Program-made: the position numbers and the translations under genes
Assembly: GCA_016840465.1 (NCBI GenBank)
Contig: JAEOSH010000047.1
Coordinates: forward strand, 1 to 18,936
Reading direction: 5' to 3'
Length of the DNA stretch: 18,936 nucleotides
Source: Candidatus Baldrarchaeum yapensis
GTDB lineage: Archaea > Asgardarchaeota > Baldrarchaeia > Baldrarchaeales > Baldrarchaeaceae
Notes under the pieces: generated by a model
Told to the model about the DNA's origin: nothing
Databases searched by the model: none
Seen by the model: the letters and a program-made list of their open reading frames with translations, nothing else
In this document: piece after piece, positions 15,826-18,936 of the stretch
How positions within the stretch are numbered: the first letter of the stretch is position 1
Layout: each line of letters begins with the position of its first letter

Positions 15826-18387
15826 TTACTGCCCACCGTGAGACTTTTGCGCCAGAAGATCACGCTCCTTAGTTATTATCTCGGCGATTTTCCTCCCCGC
15901 ATCCATTGATGGCACACTATAAAATCTCCCTCCCGCGAGAATGGCGATCAATCTTGTCAATGCAATGCCAACTGCTGGAAAGTCCCAACGTTTCTCCACT
16001 TCTTTAACGAACGCGTCACCATCAAAATGACCGTCGACCGTGCATCTCCTATAAACTTCCATAACATCCTCATCGCTCATTTTATAAGCTTCAGCGGCGG
16101 GATCCGGGTTTATGACGACAAAATGAACTCCGGCCCTCTTCATCGTTAGAGAAACCCGTATAACGTCTTCTATCGCCAACTCCCGCTTTGACGCTGCGGT
16201 AAACGCGCTAATAGGTCTTGTTTCCCCAGTATCCGGATCCTTAAGTAGAGGAACATTCGCAAAGCCGTCTGTGATCAATACAATCATGGGTATAACTTCT
16301 GGATCTCGTAATCTTTCCCTTTTAACGGCCATCAACGCCTCCACTAAGCCAGATGCCAGCGGAGTGTATCCACTCACCCTTAACTTCCTCAACTTTCCAG
16401 CAACGGCTCTCAAGTTTCTCGTGGGATACTGTATTACCGCCGCACCTGTATCTTTCAGTGCAATTATCCCCAGTTTATCACGATACCTATATGCGTCCTG
16501 ATAGAGCTTTAAAAGCGCCTCACGAAGTTGCATCAAAGTTATCATCATCGACTCGCTGATATCGAGTACCAGTAATATTGTGATCGGAGCATAATAGGCA
16601 TGTACGCACTCCCTTATGTCCTCCTTCGAAATATTCACTATCTCTGCATCATTAAATCCAGCACCTCGTGCAGCAGCCGCCCGTATGGTCGCAGGTATGT
16701 GAACTGTATGCACCTCTCCCCGCGGTAATCGCCAACCTATAACTCTCCCTTGTCTTGCTTCTGATAACGTCAATGCTCGCTTTCCAATGCTCTGTCTAGT
16801 TATCTTGTCCCTCCCTCTAATCTTGAAAGTCAAATCATACGTCTTGAGTAGGCTCATCCTCAGGGACGCGATCACCATCAGACCTCTAAAAAAATCCGAT
16901 ATACGGCGTTTGAACCCCAAAAATCCAGCAGATAACATTCGTTCTCTCAAAGTCCTCAGTAGCGAAGATTCCTTCCTCTTCTGTGGCAATGAAATTTCTT
17001 CAGCGGACTTCAAAGGTCTTATCAGTCTCTTGAGGAGCGTCGCTAGTGCGTAGATGAACAACACGGATAATAACATTGGCAATAGAACTGGCGGAGAAAA
17101 CCCGACATTCATAAAAATTATATAAAGGATCGCCGCTACGAAGAACAAAGTCGGCAAAATAAGCGCCTTAAAACGAATCTTCACAGCTCGCTTGCCTATG
17201 AGCCTGCCCCTAATTGCCGAAGAACTCACAGTCCTTTTGTCTTTACTTGCTCCACTGCCTTTAGCGGAACTTCTCGACCCGGTGGGAGCAACCGCCTGCC
17301 TGATCCCCTCAACAGGAAATTCTTTAGGGATCTCCTCTCTATATTCTTTCACCCTCATCTCATCCAATGCTCTCTTAAAAGCCTCTCTTATCTCGTCTTC
17401 GCTCGGCGGTTCTAGGAACCCTTTCTTCCTAGTTCTATGCTGTAACGCCAATTTCGCCGCTTTTAAGACATCTTCTTCCGTCACAACATTCCTTTCATCC
17501 AGCGCGGCTATTGCCCTTGCCGTTTTATAAATTACTATGTCAGGCCTCATCCCATCTACCTGAAGTTGCACACACATCCTGCATATTGCCTCTAACAAAC
17601 GCTCCGGAATCCTCACCTTTGGCAACAACTCCCGCGCCCTTAAAATCCTCTTCCGCAACTTCTCTTGCTCCTTTTTAAACTTCCTATAAAAGTTCTCCGG
17701 ATCTCTCTCAAACTCGATATTCCTCCGTACTATCTCCATGCGCTCCTCCACTGACATGACGTTGTCCACCGTGACCGAAAGTGCAAGCCGATCCAACAAC
17801 TGCGGCCTTAACTCGCCCTCCTCGGGGTTCATTGTGCCAATAAGTACAAATCGGGAGGGATGCCTAACAGAAATCCCTTCTCGCTCCACAACATTCCATC
17901 CCGATGCGGCAACATCCAGAAGATCGTCAACTAAATGATCCGGCAACAGGTTTATCTCATCAATGTAAAGGATATTTTGGTTCGCATCTGCCAGAATTCC
18001 TGGCTTGAAGGCCTCAATCCCTCCCCTCAGCGCCCTCTCAACATCTATACTCCCCACAACTCTATCTTCCGTCGCACTCAGAGGTAATGTTATTATCCGC
18101 ATTTTTCTCCTTGTTACCGGGAGTTCCTCTCCCCGCTCATACCTCTCTCTACACCGCTCACACATGTTCGTTGGATCCCTCGGATTGCAACCATACCGGC
18201 AATCCTTTACAACCTCGACCTCCGGAAGCAAATCCTCCAACGCCCTTACGAGTGTCGACTTCCCTGTTCCCTTCGGACCCCTTATTAAAACTCCACCGAT
18301 CGTAGGATCAACTACGTTGACCAAAAGTGCAAGTTTCGCGTCTTCAAGACCAACAAATGCTGTAAAGGGCAATATATGTCGCGTCAA
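15826..18387 (-). CDS. ChlI/ChlD-like chelatase-family AAA+ ATPase fused to a VWA domain, with two internal TM helices
   Basis: [21 protein letters not shown] (Walker A), [10 protein letters not shown] (Walker B), [24 protein letters not shown]; MIDAS LDISESM / GYTP / ITDG. Probable start TTG18387 after GAGGT; the ORF is open to 18492. Confidence 0.88.
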   Translation of the reverse strand: MTRHILPFTAFVGLEDAKLALLVNVVDPTIGGVLIRGPKGTGKSTLVRALEDLLPEVEVVKDCRYGCNPRDPTNMCERCRERYERGEELPVTRRKMRIITLPLSATEDRVVGSIDVERALRGGIEAFKPGILADANQNILYIDEINLLPDHLVDDLLDVAASGWNVVEREGISVRHPSRFVLIGTMNPEEGELRPQLLDRLALSVTVDNVMSVEERMEIVRRNIEFERDPENFYRKFKKEQEKLRKRILRARELLPKVRIPERLLEAICRMCVQLQVDGMRPDIVIYKTARAIAALDERNVVTEEDVLKAAKLALQHRTRKKGFLEPPSEDEIREAFKRALDEMRVKEYREEIPKEFPVEGIRQAVAPTGSRSSAKGSGASKDKRTVSSSAIRGRLIGKRAVKIRFKALILPTLFFVAAILYIIFMNVGFSPPVLLPMLLSVLFIYALATLLKRLIRPLKSAEEISLPQKRKESSLLRTLRERMLSAGFLGFKRRISDFFRGLMVIASLRMSLLKTYDLTFKIRGRDKITRQSIGKRALTLSEARQGRVIGWRLPRGEVHTVHIPATIRAAAARGAGFNDAEIVNISKEDIRECVHAYYAPITILLVLDISESMMITLMQLREALLKLYQDAYRYRDKLGIIALKDTGAAVIQYPTRNLRAVAGKLRKLRVSGYTPLASGLVEALMAVKRERLRDPEVIPMIVLITDGFANVPLLKDPDTGETRPISAFTAASKRELAIEDVIRVSLTMKRAGVHFVVINPDPAAEAYKMSDEDVMEVYRRCTVDGHFDGDAFVKEVEKRWDFPAVGIALTRLIAILAGGRFYSVPSMDAGRKIAEIITKERDLLAQKSHGGQ

Positions 18388-18757
18388 AAGTGCCAACCTC
18401 TCGCTCCCGTTGCTATTGCCAGAAATGCCATAAAAAACAACGTTTTTGTAAATCAACTTGCACCGTAAATAACTCCGACAAACTACAAGCATAACTCAAG
18501 AACCTCTGCAATAACGTGGTATTTAAGCCTGTCGGCAATCACACCCCAACTTTATCACTTTATGAAAAACTTTCCTTCTCACAAACAAACTAAATATGAA
18601 TCACCCGCACTCGACTCCCCTAAACTATCCTTTTTTAATTTCGACATGCACACTCTTTCACATAAAAACGTTTATTATTTGCAATCACGCTCGCAAATAA
18701 ATGACGAATTTTTACCCGAGACTGTCACATTGCACCGACCCATATTTATACTCCGGC

Positions 18758-18773
18758 GCGAAACCTTTAAGTA
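18758..18773 (+). promoter_or_regulatory. BRE-TATA promoter for the permease gene
   Basis: GCGAAACC-TTTAAGTA, same layout as the tfb promoter, about 50 nt upstream of TTG18825. Confidence 0.55.
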
Positions 18774-18824
18774 ACAAACCTCCTCTTTCCATTTAAATTC
18801 AGATGAAGTTGTCAGGTGAGAGGG

Positions 18825-18936
18825 TTGGCTGAGGAAGTAATCTTCGTCAGGAAGGCTACTGGGCTAGTCAGAGAAGTTGGTCCATTCACAGCAATGAGCA
18901 TCGTACTCTGCCACGTTATCGGTGGTGGTATTAACT
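18825..18936 (+). CDS. APC-family amino acid permease, N-terminal fragment (runs off window)
   Basis: TTG start after GGTGAGAGG. Translates MAEEVIFVRKATGLVREVGPFTAMSIVLCHVIGGGIN; FVRKATGLVRE is a typical archaeal APC permease N-terminus. Not in the ORF track. Confidence 0.8.
   Translation, partial: MAEEVIFVRKATGLVREVGPFTAMSIVLCHVIGGGIN

Noticed and set aside
16271-18433. Plus-strand ORFs within the chelatase-like gene
   Set aside because: Ser/Leu-rich antisense shadows of a long real CDS.
1-18936. CRISPR arrays, rRNA genes, integrases or defence systems
   Set aside because: No regularly spaced repeats, rRNA-like tracts or matching protein motifs were seen.

Overview
Archaeal genomic window (lineage not determinable from sequence alone; GGAGG/GGTG Shine-Dalgarno sites, BRE/TATA promoters). 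It starts at a contig end with an untrimmed Tn5/Nextera adapter (1-19) and a truncated, frameshifted DDE insertion sequence that the ORF track misses. A housekeeping block follows: geranylgeranyl reductase, pth2, truD, rps3ae, pcc1, GAN/RecJ-like DHH nuclease, rps15, tRNA-Asp(GTC) and an intron-containing tRNA-Cys(GCA). The rest is more accessory: a wHTH + KaiC-like ATPase + tandem-SIS (double PHI-like) unit, a TFB with a long leader carrying C/D-box-like motifs, a hypothetical protein, and a Cys-rich cluster (internally repeated CxxC protein, DUF3795, YkgJ-like, QueG-like). After that come a 167-bp GC-rich structured element with perfect 18-bp terminal inverted repeats, a ChlI/ChlD-like AAA+/VWA fusion with an internal transmembrane hairpin, and the 5' end of an APC-type permease (also absent from the ORF track). 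Best novelty leads: the 167-nt structured element, the membrane-anchored AAA+/VWA protein, the KaiC/double-SIS module and the C/D-like RNA upstream of tfb. All family assignments come from motif recognition by eye; no database searches were run.
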